Origin: Escherichia coli
GTDB taxonomy: Bacteria > Pseudomonadota > Gammaproteobacteria > Enterobacterales > Enterobacteriaceae
DNA length: 64,000 nucleotides
Reading direction: 5' to 3' (one strand)
Assembly (NCBI GenBank): GCA_902499925.1
Contig: GCA_902499925.1_4130.1
The notes below the pieces were generated by a model that ran no database searches, was not told where the DNA came from, and saw nothing but the letters and a program-made list of their open reading frames with translations. A program made the translations under genes and the position numbers. This document shows positions 1 to 9,223 of this stretch, in pieces. How positions within the stretch are numbered: position 1 is the stretch's first letter; each line of letters begins with the position of its first letter.

Positions 1-339
1 GATATCACCCGAACCCAGTAACTTGTCACGGAATTGTTTAAACTCGATTTCTTCATCGGATAATGAAAAACCCAAATCCATAAAGCACATACCACCAGCA
101 CTGAAGCATGACCCAGATGATGTACCAATTAAAATATCATCCATCCCATATAAGCCGTAAAAAATATTGGAGTACCAAGTACTAAGTTTACTTCGGTGAT
201 GATATTTAAGAACATTCTTCTTGATATTTACATCTAATGAATTAGCTGTTGATATCACTTTTTTGGTTAAAATAATAGTTTTGTTCAAATTACTCAACCA
301 TACTTTAGTATCAGTTGGGCTAAGAGCAGTGTATTTCAT
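1..339 (-). CDS. hypothetical protein (partial, 3' end beyond window start)
   Basis: ATG at 337-339 followed by 113 open codons to the window edge (MKYTALSPTDTKVW...); absent from ORF track because no stop lies inside the window. Confidence 0.45.
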   Translation of the reverse strand, partial: MKYTALSPTDTKVWLSNLNKTIILTKKVISTANSLDVNIKKNVLKYHHRSKLSTWYSNIFYGLYGMDDILIGTSSGSCFSAGGMCFMDLGFSLSDEEIEFKQFRDKLLGSGDI

Positions 340-340
340 A

Positions 341-865
341 TTAATCCTCTAAATTCCATTCATCAACCATAGTTGAGCATAATTCCATGTGTCGGAAATA
401 TTTCTCATTAAGTGAATATGGACTCTTATAAAATTGTCGTACATCAGTGAATATATCATAGTTTCTATATATAAATGACATATTTTTATTCATGAATTCT
501 ATAATCTTCCATAACTTTTCTGTATCGTTTTGTATAGTTTCTGCACTCAATCCCGTCAATTTCATTAGACGCTTGATTTTAAAGCCAGACTCTATTGACG
601 TATTATTATGCTTGGTTAAGTAACTATAGCCAATGGAACTATATATTAGTTCAATACTATCAGTACTGGTTATTGTTCCTAGAAATGATTTTAAATTTCT
701 ATTCAACCAATACCATTTTTTGTTCTTGTTATAGCAAGAATACCACTTTTTAACTATAGCTATTGCCTCTGAATTTAAACTTTCGGCAAATTCATCAATT
801 AAAAACATGTGATTGAAAAATACATCACTTTGATCTTCAGATAATTTATATTGCTGCATATCCAC
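341..865 (-). CDS. hypothetical protein
   Basis: 174-aa ORF, co-oriented and tightly spaced with neighbours; no domain recognised. Confidence 0.6.
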   Translation of the reverse strand: MDMQQYKLSEDQSDVFFNHMFLIDEFAESLNSEAIAIVKKWYSCYNKNKKWYWLNRNLKSFLGTITSTDSIELIYSSIGYSYLTKHNNTSIESGFKIKRLMKLTGLSAETIQNDTEKLWKIIEFMNKNMSFIYRNYDIFTDVRQFYKSPYSLNEKYFRHMELCSTMVDEWNLED

Positions 866-943
866 CTACCCTATTAACAATTACACCTTGGGTATTTACC
901 TTGTATGGATCAATTTTTGATCAATATTTTTTGATATGCAGCA

Positions 944-971
944 AATAAAATGGGAATCATGAAAGATTCCC
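944..971 (-). terminator. rho-independent terminator
   Basis: GGGAAUC-UUUCAU-GAUUCCC then AUUUUAUUU on the minus strand, just after the stop of 979..1425. Confidence 0.65.
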
Positions 972-978
972 TAAGTAA

Positions 979-1425
979 TTATTTCTGGAATGGAGTGTAC
1001 TGGTACTGCTCACAATCGGAAACAGTTAGTACACCTTCATCATAACCGTACTGGAGAATAAGATCAAATGCTTTATCAACCATAGCTACAACGTCTTTGT
1101 AACGAACAATAGTATGTGCCTGTTTCTCAACTGCTTTCATAATACCCATCAACATCCAGCGACCTTCATCAGTGTGAAGTTTAGCAAAACGAGGACGTTT
1201 AGTTGCTGCCATAATGTCAGTCCATTCTGCTTTAAACACTGATGGACGTTTAGGAATATCATACAGAGTTGTTGGGAATGTTACGTTGTTTTTCTTCATA
1301 GCTTCAGCTTGTGCAGCACGATAACCTTGACGGAATAGTGGGTGCTGTGATTTTAGCTGTTCATTGTTAAAAACTACTTTGTTTTTAAACGCGGCAGAAC
1401 CTTCTTTGTATTGTGCATTAGACAT
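979..1425 (-). CDS. hypothetical protein
   Basis: 148-aa ORF followed by hairpin terminator at 944-971. Confidence 0.65.
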   Translation of the reverse strand: MSNAQYKEGSAAFKNKVVFNNEQLKSQHPLFRQGYRAAQAEAMKKNNVTFPTTLYDIPKRPSVFKAEWTDIMAATKRPRFAKLHTDEGRWMLMGIMKAVEKQAHTIVRYKDVVAMVDKAFDLILQYGYDEGVLTVSDCEQYQYTPFQK

Positions 1426-1426
1426 A

Positions 1427-1717
1427 TTATTCTTTCCCCTCGTCAGTACTGATGAATTTTTTATCTGAGAATGTGCCGTGTTCTTGACGCATAGCTTCTG
1501 CGTGTTGAACTGCGTTAATTGGATTAATGTTCTTTTTAATAAGAACTTCTTGCATTAATTCGAGAACAATAGAAAAACCATTGAGTACTCGCTCTGCCTC
1601 GTCAACACCTTTCAATTCAATAGCCACTGCACTAATCTGATCTAATGCGGTATTAATAAACTCTGAATCATCTAACACATCATTGACTTCAGTATTATTA
1701 CGTACAAGAACTTTCAT
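1427..1717 (-). CDS. hypothetical protein
   Basis: Track ORF 1427..1756; start moved to ATG 1717, which has GGAG 5 nt upstream; 96 aa. Confidence 0.55.
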   Translation of the reverse strand: MKVLVRNNTEVNDVLDDSEFINTALDQISAVAIELKGVDEAERVLNGFSIVLELMQEVLIKKNINPINAVQHAEAMRQEHGTFSDKKFISTDEGKE

Positions 1718-1768
1718 ATAATCTCCAGAAATAAGATGCCCCAAATGAGGCATCAAATGAAATTCAAA

Positions 1769-2464
1769 TTAGACCCACTCTTCAACGCCACCGCGACGTT
1801 TGACGAGATACTTACCTTCTTCGTTGCGTGGTCCGAGGATGATACCATCAATGAAACCATGTTCACCGTATTCGAGTGCTTCTTCAGCGTTCAACCACAG
1901 GTCACGATCCGCATCTTTCAGTAGTTGTTCGTGTGATACACCAACTGCTTCAGCAATTTCTTTCGTCAATAGTGTGTTCAATGCATCAGAGTGTTTCAAA
2001 GAAATCTTCTGATCGGTAATCAGACCCTGAGTACCGGAACTTACTTGGTGGCACATGAAGTAAGAACGCTTACCACCTAGACGGAAACCTTTAGTACCAA
2101 CAACTGATTGAGTATAGCAACCCATTGATGCTGCATAACCCATTACTACTGTACGGATAGGAGATACACAAGACTTAGCAATGTCAGCGATACCCAAACC
2201 TGCGTGTACTGAACCACCAGGAGAACTAATGTAGAAGGTAATTGGTTCCGAACCCTGAGAATCCAACCACACCAATTGTTGCTTGATGATATGTGCCATT
2301 TGGTCATTGAAGTCAGTATCAAGGAAAATGATACGGTCTTGCATCATACGAGATGCTAGGTCATAAGTACGTTCTGCACCATTAACTTTTTCAACTACAT
2401 AAGGAATAGAAATGTTGCGAACTTCACCACCAGCATAACCACCAAAATTGAATTGTTCAACCAT
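1769..2464 (-). CDS. clpP: ClpP-like ATP-dependent protease proteolytic subunit
   Basis: 231 aa aligning by eye along the length of E. coli ClpP: SSPGGSV, catalytic Ser in GYAASMG, His in MCHQ, Asp in DADRD. Confidence 0.9.
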   Translation of the reverse strand: MVEQFNFGGYAGGEVRNISIPYVVEKVNGAERTYDLASRMMQDRIIFLDTDFNDQMAHIIKQQLVWLDSQGSEPITFYISSPGGSVHAGLGIADIAKSCVSPIRTVVMGYAASMGCYTQSVVGTKGFRLGGKRSYFMCHQVSSGTQGLITDQKISLKHSDALNTLLTKEIAEAVGVSHEQLLKDADRDLWLNAEEALEYGEHGFIDGIILGPRNEEGKYLVKRRGGVEEWV

Positions 2465-2498
2465 TGTTATTTTCCTCTATTGTTTCATTGATGTGAGT

Positions 2499-2526
2499 AT
2501 TATATCACAGTGTTCGTATTTGTCTA
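2499..2526 (-). promoter_or_regulatory. sigma70-like promoter with extended -10 (TAGACA-16-TGaTATAAT)
   Basis: Read on the minus strand upstream of clpP; -10 at 2499-2504, -35 at 2521-2526. Confidence 0.5.
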
Positions 2527-2907
2527 CAAGTTTCTTAAAAAATCTAGTAAACCGCAAATTGTATGTTTATTAAACATATCGTGGTCAATCTTTAACAACT
2601 TAACCATAGCATTATCATACACCGTAGAGTCGGTAATGTCAAACAAAGAATTTGTGTAATAACGTTCATTTTCTACATAAATGTATAAGTCATTTGATTT
2701 GTCAAGATCTTCATAGAAGTCAGCATCAAAGTACTCTGCAAATCCATCAATCCAAACCTCAACTGAATCATCATCTAAGCAGTAGTTTCTTGCTTCTTTT
2801 GAATATATTTCCAGCTTTCTGGCTGCACTGGAGTAATGTGTATACGCATTAATTACGTACTTTATTTCATCATTGTACTCAATTACATACACAACGATAT
2901 TTTCCAT
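2524..2907 (-). CDS. hypothetical protein
   Basis: 127-aa acidic ORF; 1-nt overlap with next gene. Confidence 0.6.
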   Translation of the reverse strand: MENIVVYVIEYNDEIKYVINAYTHYSSAARKLEIYSKEARNYCLDDDSVEVWIDGFAEYFDADFYEDLDKSNDLYIYVENERYYTNSLFDITDSTVYDNAMVKLLKIDHDMFNKHTICGLLDFLRNL

Positions 2908-3302
2908 CAGTACACCCCTATTGATGTAAGAGCGTATAGAAATTCATAGCGTGTACCAACTGGAATGTCATCAAAATCAATCTCAATCATTCTTAGTGAA
3001 TTTGAAAATTGTTCGTATCTAAAGAACATATTAATTGATAAAGTACTGAATGGCAACACATCACCACGACTATCATCATGAACAAGAACATACACCTTTC
3101 CCACAAATGAATCTAAATCGTCTGCTTGTTTTACATCACGGGTGAAGTGATATCTATCTTTCATCACAGTACCAGTACCATCTGGATTGTAGTATTGGGT
3201 TTTGTCACAAGAGGATAGCATACGCATACCCCATCGTTGATACATATGACAGCTACCCAATATAACAAGCATTTTGTCATCAATGTGAAATGTATGTATC
3301 AT
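2907..3302 (-). CDS. hypothetical protein
   Basis: 131-aa ORF, co-oriented. Confidence 0.6.
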   Translation of the reverse strand: MIHTFHIDDKMLVILGSCHMYQRWGMRMLSSCDKTQYYNPDGTGTVMKDRYHFTRDVKQADDLDSFVGKVYVLVHDDSRGDVLPFSTLSINMFFRYEQFSNSLRMIEIDFDDIPVGTRYEFLYALTSIGVY

Positions 3303-3311
3303 AACCTCACC

Positions 3312-4103
3312 TTAGATTTCAAATACAAATTTAGGATCGTAATCGAAGTTCTCACATGCACCACTGTAAGATTCATAACCTCTTGGGTTACAAATGATAC
3401 GAGTTTTTCCAATGTTGTAGTCAAAACTACTATGAACATGACCATGAATCCAAACATCAGCACCCAAATCTTCGATGTACTGGTCCATATCAGAACAATA
3501 ACATCCATTCAGTGAGTCATTCTTGTATCTCGGAGATACACTCTGATAACTTGGTGCATGATGTGTTACCACCACAACCTTGATATCATTATCATTCATT
3601 AGACGAACTGTGTCAACTGAATTTTTGATAAATTGTTTATCCTGATAATGCATGAACTCAACATCATCAGGTTTGAGCTTACGTTTCCACGGTTCTGATG
3701 TTGTTCCATGACGAATGTGTTTATAATCATTCATCTTTTGTTGAGCATCAAACTTAACCAGTGCATTGCCTTTATCAAAGTCAGTCCACAGTGTACTGCC
3801 AACCAGCAGTACACCATCCAGCCATACAAATTTGTTTTGCAAAAAGATGAAATTTGGAATCTCATCTTGCATATCGGATAGTACTTTATTAGTCTTGTGA
3901 ATGTTTGAACCGTAGTACTCATGATTACCAGGAACCAGTACTACATTCTTGAACTGCTTGCACAGGGATTCGATACCAGTACGATAACGACTGCGTTTAG
4001 CTTCATCAAAGTCCCCTGCAATAATCAGCACTGTATCACTGTAATCACCACTATGGAGGTAATCAGTGCCACCGTGTACGTCTGACGTTACAACAAATTT
4101 CAT
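3312..4103 (-). CDS. calcineurin-like metallophosphoesterase
   Basis: Motif series SDVHGG / AGDFD / PGNHE / VTHHAP / HGHVH in canonical order; GGAGG RBS upstream. Confidence 0.8.
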   Translation of the reverse strand: MKFVVTSDVHGGTDYLHSGDYSDTVLIIAGDFDEAKRSRYRTGIESLCKQFKNVVLVPGNHEYYGSNIHKTNKVLSDMQDEIPNFIFLQNKFVWLDGVLLVGSTLWTDFDKGNALVKFDAQQKMNDYKHIRHGTTSEPWKRKLKPDDVEFMHYQDKQFIKNSVDTVRLMNDNDIKVVVVTHHAPSYQSVSPRYKNDSLNGCYCSDMDQYIEDLGADVWIHGHVHSSFDYNIGKTRIICNPRGYESYSGACENFDYDPKFVFEI

Positions 4104-4122
4104 AATTACCTCCTATAAATGA

Positions 4123-5541
4123 TTAACCGAGTGATTCAAGAATACTATTAGAGAACACCTCAACCGCACTATCACGAATTTCTAAGATACGAGTATAGTC
4201 GTCACAAGTGTTTTTGTCAAATCTAAATTCAATAAACACTGGTAAAAATAGTGATGGCTCGCCAGTACGCTTATCGAATACAATATCATTGCACTCTACT
4301 GTTACTACTTGACCGATGAGTTCTTGCATTCTTTCCCAAATGGTTTTAAACGTCCATTCTGCGTCTTTCTCTTTAATTCCAGTACCTACATTAACTTTTA
4401 ATGTACCACAAGCACTTTCCAGTTGTAAAGAACCAAGGCTACCTTTACGCTTACCTTCACCTTCATTGAAACCAACAATACGCAAGTCCAATTGCATCTT
4501 AAGTTTCATTTTCAATTGCTTAGGAGAAGTGTGAGATTTCCAGATACCATCTTCACATTTCAGTACTGAACCCTCTTCACCTTCGTTCATTAGTTCACTA
4601 TTGTACTCAAATGCTTCTTTGATGTTTAGAACTTTACGGAATCCAACCATACGAACAAAATCACTACCGAGTTCGTTAATTGCATCTACTAAGATCTCAC
4701 GGCGTTCTTTACGTTTTACATCCCATACACCTTCACAAAATGCATCATATGGAACAACATCCCATAGAACGAATACAGTACGCATTGCTTCATTCTGACT
4801 GATGCTATCTTTACCAGCTTTCTGGATAATACCGTTACCAGTAGTGCGTGGGAGAATGGTTTCTCCATCATTGTCCAGTACTACACCTTCACCCATAAAG
4901 ACTACACCACTACTAAAACGTTCATCTTTACTTTGGATGATGTGAGCAAGACCTGCCATTTCACCATCACGACAACCCAGGAAGTCGTATAGTTTACCAT
5001 TACGGGATGTAGAAGTTAATGAACCATTAATGACAACGTGGTTCAAGTACTGACCATCCATTTTCACTTCTGATATAGCATAACCATAATCTTTGAAGTT
5101 AATGTTCTTTGCAGTCTTTTTGTCAATCAAAGAACAACGCATGTATGGTTCGTCTTTGATGAAACCTTTCCCGAACACATCATTGCAGTTCTTTTCTTGG
5201 ATACCACAATCAAGGTTCTTCGTGAGCATTTTACGAAGAACTTCTTGGTCATCTTCTGATACAGAACCCAGTACTGAAGCAATGAAGTCACGTCCAGCAT
5301 TTCCGGTCACACCACGTTTGTAAATGCATTCTAGCTTATCAATAGCTTCATCTAATGTCATATGTTGGTATACATCATCAGCTTGTGGTAGCTTTTTATA
5401 CCCACTTACAATTGAAGGGTCTAGTGTATATTTCAGTACTTTTTGTAATGTTTGGTTATCTTTGTTTTGTTCAAGGATAGCTTTTTTACCCAGAGTACTG
5501 CTAGTATTTTTAATGCTTTCAAGAATTGCTAAAATGCTCAT
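4123..5541 (-). CDS. ATP-dependent DNA ligase
   Basis: 472 aa; nucleotidyltransferase motif I EVKMDGQ (KxDG), EGSVLK (motif IV) and LKMK (motif V); size similar to T4 gp30. Confidence 0.85.
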   Translation of the reverse strand: MSILAILESIKNTSSTLGKKAILEQNKDNQTLQKVLKYTLDPSIVSGYKKLPQADDVYQHMTLDEAIDKLECIYKRGVTGNAGRDFIASVLGSVSEDDQEVLRKMLTKNLDCGIQEKNCNDVFGKGFIKDEPYMRCSLIDKKTAKNINFKDYGYAISEVKMDGQYLNHVVINGSLTSTSRNGKLYDFLGCRDGEMAGLAHIIQSKDERFSSGVVFMGEGVVLDNDGETILPRTTGNGIIQKAGKDSISQNEAMRTVFVLWDVVPYDAFCEGVWDVKRKERREILVDAINELGSDFVRMVGFRKVLNIKEAFEYNSELMNEGEEGSVLKCEDGIWKSHTSPKQLKMKLKMQLDLRIVGFNEGEGKRKGSLGSLQLESACGTLKVNVGTGIKEKDAEWTFKTIWERMQELIGQVVTVECNDIVFDKRTGEPSLFLPVFIEFRFDKNTCDDYTRILEIRDSAVEVFSNSILESLG

Positions 5542-5552
5542 TGTATATTCCC

Positions 5553-6755
5553 TTATAGATAATACTTTCCAATGTAAAGTTTATTACTTAGTGATAGCTG
5601 GACGTGACAAGGTTTTTCTTGGTAGTAACGAGTTGATGATGTTTTATTTTCTGTTGGTGGGAAGAAAGGAGAACGGTATCCGTTCCATGTACCAAATGAT
5701 ACATGCTCGTTTAAATCCACATCCATTGTCATAATACCATTAGCATCAATTTCAACTGGATATGCACTGTATCGTTCAAATACATCAGTGTATTGAAGAA
5801 TATAATCACCATTACGACCATAATAACTTCTGGTTGTATTGTTCTTTACACCAAAGAAAACACGATATGCCTGTTCATCAACTTTACACATGAACGGAAC
5901 GTTCTCGTTGAATCGTCCATTACTCATTATATCATCAGGATTGATTTCTTCGTACTTTACTTTCAAATCTTGTGCTTTAAACGACTTATCACTTATCAGT
6001 ACTGGTATATTGCTTTCACATAATGGGTTACTGCGATTTCGTTGGATATTTTGCCAAAATGCATTAGCTTTAACAATTTCATCTTGAACTGTTGTTTTCA
6101 CATTCAGTGCAGCACTTGGTTCTAATGCATAAGTTTCAAGACGAGCATTAAGAGCATATGTCCCACGAGTAGTATTATATACTAAGTGATACTTGGAACT
6201 CTTATCAGAAAATGAAAACTCTTTAGTTTTCTTGATACAAATAGCATTTACTTTACCACAATAATAGTAATCTTCTTTATTGTGTCTAAAACCATCACCT
6301 ACTTTCAATTTAGAAACAACTTCTTTTTGTTGTTCTTTCTTATTCTCCTTCTCAACCAATTTAGCAAAGGTTTTAGTTTTACCGTTAATTAGTTCTAAAC
6401 TATTATTAAAGAACATAGGTTCAACAAATACACCCTTAACAATATCATTGTTGATGATAAGGTCGTTCATGTTTTTAGCACTCACCAAGAACTCGAAACC
6501 TTCAGGGTGACGTATGGTGAAGTATGTTTCACGAGCATGAACAGTGAGCTTATGTACCACAGAAAATCCAATTGTAGGCACATTATCAATCCATAGTGAA
6601 GGTAGATTGTTTTTCTTAGCCCAGTACTCGGCCTTTTCTTTTTTAGTCTCAAACGCTTTTGTGTGTGATTTTGTAGCATCTATAATGTAACCAGTAACTT
6701 GGTTATGATTTACATATGAACGAGCCACAAATAACTTCTCTGGAAAATCCATCAA
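5553..6755 (-). CDS. hypothetical protein
   Basis: 400-aa ORF, 4-nt overlap with upstream gene. Confidence 0.7.
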   Translation of the reverse strand: MMDFPEKLFVARSYVNHNQVTGYIIDATKSHTKAFETKKEKAEYWAKKNNLPSLWIDNVPTIGFSVVHKLTVHARETYFTIRHPEGFEFLVSAKNMNDLIINNDIVKGVFVEPMFFNNSLELINGKTKTFAKLVEKENKKEQQKEVVSKLKVGDGFRHNKEDYYYCGKVNAICIKKTKEFSFSDKSSKYHLVYNTTRGTYALNARLETYALEPSAALNVKTTVQDEIVKANAFWQNIQRNRSNPLCESNIPVLISDKSFKAQDLKVKYEEINPDDIMSNGRFNENVPFMCKVDEQAYRVFFGVKNNTTRSYYGRNGDYILQYTDVFERYSAYPVEIDANGIMTMDVDLNEHVSFGTWNGYRSPFFPPTENKTSSTRYYQEKPCHVQLSLSNKLYIGKYYL

Positions 6756-7165
6756 ACAGTCCTCATTGTACTAATTGCTTTTAATGTGTTAAACAATGAA
6801 CCATATTTTACTTGCATTAGTTGATCCCCAGCAGGAAGATTCATACGCATAACAGACATGTCTTCAACCATTTCAGATGTACACAGTACTGCTACACATG
6901 TAGTTGCATCATTTAATCCGGCTTCATTGAATTTAGCGAATGGCACTTTTCCCTGCTTACAAAGGTCATCATAATAAGAATTTAACTTATCATGACCACC
7001 AGCATTTAGTACTACAATAGTTTCGTGGTCATAATACCATTCATCAATAATAGTACTGAAAGCAGTACCTTCATATTCTTTAATTAGTTTTACGCCAGCA
7101 TGAAATGCTTGAATTCCAGCTTGTACACCTTGGCAGTACATGTTTGTTAAGCAATATAATTTCAT
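6752..7165 (-). CDS. possible PTH2-family peptidyl-tRNA hydrolase-like protein
   Basis: Start moved to ATG 7165 (ATGA overlap, GAGG 7 nt upstream). By-eye alignment to PTH2: GVQAGIQAFHAGV vs GKIAAQCSHAAV; IVVLNAG..KL and NEAGLNDATTCVAVL vs KVVVKAP..L and QDAGRTQIAPGSQTVLGI. Confidence 0.4.
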   Translation of the reverse strand: MKLYCLTNMYCQGVQAGIQAFHAGVKLIKEYEGTAFSTIIDEWYYDHETIVVLNAGGHDKLNSYYDDLCKQGKVPFAKFNEAGLNDATTCVAVLCTSEMVEDMSVMRMNLPAGDQLMQVKYGSLFNTLKAISTMRTV

Positions 7166-7389
7166 TTCCATACCTCTTGTTTTTCTACAAACCCTTTACC
7201 ATCACAATGTGGACAAGCATAATAACTGCGATAGTCTTCAGATGGTACTTGTTGTGTTCCATTACATGTAGGGCATACTTTACGTGCACCAGAAATAATA
7301 CGTTCATGATGTTCAGCTTGTTTAGCTGAATCAAAAATACGACCATCTTCAGTTTGGTATTTTTCTACCATAACTTGAATTACTTTCAT
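7162..7389 (-). CDS. small DnaJ-type zinc-finger protein
   Basis: 75 aa with two CxxCxGxG motifs (CPTCNGTQ, CPHCDGKG). Confidence 0.6.
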   Translation of the reverse strand: MKVIQVMVEKYQTEDGRIFDSAKQAEHHERIISGARKVCPTCNGTQQVPSEDYRSYYACPHCDGKGFVEKQEVWK

Positions 7390-7399
7390 TTCTATTTCC

Positions 7400-7669
7400 T
7401 TATAAAAATGTTAAATCTTCAGTACTTAATTGTGATAATTTACCATCATATTCAACTTCAACATATATTGTTTGGTCTGAAATTGTAACTACTCTTCTAA
7501 TAACACCATCAACCACGACATTTTTTTTGTAATAGAATTTAACCTCTGCACCAATAAGTTTTTTTGATAGGAAGTTACGTACCTGTTTGATCTGGTCGGC
7601 AAGTATAGAATTGATGGTTTTTTTCATAATATATAAATCATACAATGATTTTTTAATATCATCATGCAT
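7400..7669 (-). CDS. small helix+beta protein (KxxIGxxV group)
   Basis: Track 7400..7705; ATG 7669 lies 4 nt after the upstream stop; motif SKKLIGAEVKF. Confidence 0.5.
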   Translation of the reverse strand: MHDDIKKSLYDLYIMKKTINSILADQIKQVRNFLSKKLIGAEVKFYYKKNVVVDGVIRRVVTISDQTIYVEVEYDGKLSQLSTEDLTFL

Positions 7670-7673
7670 ATTA

Positions 7674-8417
7674 TTACCTTTTGAAGCGGTTAAATGAATA
7701 CTCATCTTTTTCTTTACGTAAGTATCTCATCCCGTCACTTTGGGGAGTTGCAAGAGTTAAATCACCAGTTAAAAACTGACTATCAATCCAGATACGATTA
7801 CCGTAGATGAGTGGGTCTGATACTGCGGTATGACCACTAAAGACGCAATGGATACCATCAAGTCTAGGGACGTAATATGTGTTATTTTTCTTGCAGTAGT
7901 CGAATGTATCACGGTCCCACAAGCACTTATCAATTATATCAGCACTAAGTGATTTTGTCCCACTAACGAAACGTTCCCATGTGGTATATTCCAAAGGAAC
8001 ACCAGCATGAACCAGTCCAATCTTCAATCCTCGGTGATTGATTTGGATAATCATAGGGAGATCCTTTAAGTACTGACGAAAGAACTGTATACCAGTCTCA
8101 CCAACTTCATCAAGGAACTTGTCGCCACCATTGGACATCCAGCAGTGATACCAGTCACGGTGAGTTTCAGAATCAACACACATGATCTCATGGTTCCCAG
8201 CAATCATAAAACGGTTTTCACCGAAAAGGAATTCAAATAGTAGTTTGGAATTCTGGTCACCACGGTCAATAACATCACCTACACAAAAAACATAGTCATT
8301 ATTGGTGATACCAAATTCTTTCTTGGTAGCATCCCACAGTTTTCCGTTGCCGTGTAAATCACCAACGATATATAAATCTTTATCATCCGGTACTGTAACT
8401 TCCAAAAAATGTTTCAT
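7674..8417 (-). CDS. lambda-type Ser/Thr protein phosphatase / ApaH-like metallophosphoesterase
   Basis: GDLHG, GDVIDRG, GNHE, HAG, GHT motifs in order; start set to ATG 8417 (TAATG junction). Confidence 0.8.
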   Translation of the reverse strand: MKHFLEVTVPDDKDLYIVGDLHGNGKLWDATKKEFGITNNDYVFCVGDVIDRGDQNSKLLFEFLFGENRFMIAGNHEIMCVDSETHRDWYHCWMSNGGDKFLDEVGETGIQFFRQYLKDLPMIIQINHRGLKIGLVHAGVPLEYTTWERFVSGTKSLSADIIDKCLWDRDTFDYCKKNNTYYVPRLDGIHCVFSGHTAVSDPLIYGNRIWIDSQFLTGDLTLATPQSDGMRYLRKEKDEYSFNRFKR

Positions 8418-8671
8418 TATTGTTCCAACCATATAATGTTAGTGTGTTTTGTAACTTGTGTTCCTGCAAAAGAACCATCTTTAAGATACGTATTAACTTT
8501 GAAACGCCATTCACCACCGCTAATATACATATCAGCGATAATGTACTTCCCATAACCCCTTGAGTTTATCAAACGTACTTCTTGTCCAATATACTTCGGC
8601 TTCAAATCATTAATAAAATCATCAGCCAAAGACATAAGATATCGCAAATGTGAATAGTCGGTGTTGAACAT
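8417..8671 (-). CDS. small helix+beta protein (KYIGxxV group)
   Basis: Track 8417..8746; ATG 8671 forms a TAATG junction; motif LKPKYIGQEVRL. Confidence 0.5.
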   Translation of the reverse strand: MFNTDYSHLRYLMSLADDFINDLKPKYIGQEVRLINSRGYGKYIIADMYISGGEWRFKVNTYLKDGSFAGTQVTKHTNIIWLEQ

Positions 8672-8886
8672 TATTTCTTTCTCTTGAAGTGGGATATAAT
8701 ATCTTTTATTATTGAGATAAAAAGATACACCATAGTTACAGGCCAAATTATAGCCATCAGTGCTGCTGATTGTAGACTCATTGCAGTTATGATTTCATCT
8801 TTGAAACATTTCCAATTCAGTACTAGAAAGTTACATATAAATGAGCAAAACGCTACGAACCCATATATTGCAAAAAATGTAGTCAT
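8671..8886 (-). CDS. small membrane protein (2 predicted TM helices)
   Basis: 71 aa; hydrophobic stretches TTFFAIYGFVAFCSFICNFLVL and AALMAIIWPVTMVYLFISII. Confidence 0.55.
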   Translation of the reverse strand: MTTFFAIYGFVAFCSFICNFLVLNWKCFKDEIITAMSLQSAALMAIIWPVTMVYLFISIIKDIISHFKRKK

Positions 8887-8888
8887 TA

Positions 8889-9221
8889 TTATTCCTCATC
8901 AACTTGAATAAGATATTCTAAACTTATTTCATCACCAAAGGCAGCGGCATCAATTGCATCGTGATTGATGTATTCTACTTGTGCAATTAAACGTATACCG
9001 TATTTCATAATTTCAATAATTCTCATTCTTGTATTGGAATTTATGTACTGGTAGTATGATTCATACTCTGGATCATCGTCAATTTCCGCATATCGGTTGA
9101 TGTACTCGTCAGTAAATTTTACTATCTTACCGACGAGTTCTGTTTCTGCACTTTTATAGAAATCATCTTTCATTTGATGCAACGCAATCAAGTACTGATT
9201 ATATTGTGCAAGATGTTTCAT
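8889..9221 (-). CDS. hypothetical protein
   Basis: 110-aa ORF; ELVGKIVKF resembles the small-protein group. Confidence 0.55.
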   Translation of the reverse strand: MKHLAQYNQYLIALHQMKDDFYKSAETELVGKIVKFTDEYINRYAEIDDDPEYESYYQYINSNTRMRIIEIMKYGIRLIAQVEYINHDAIDAAAFGDEISLEYLIQVDEE

Positions 9222-9223
9222 TG

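Noticed and set aside
1769-2464. ClpP as the protease that would cut the FQ motif
   Set aside because: ClpP peptidase has no such sequence specificity and depends on unfoldase-delivered substrates. Nothing in the sequence links it to the arrays 25 kb away.
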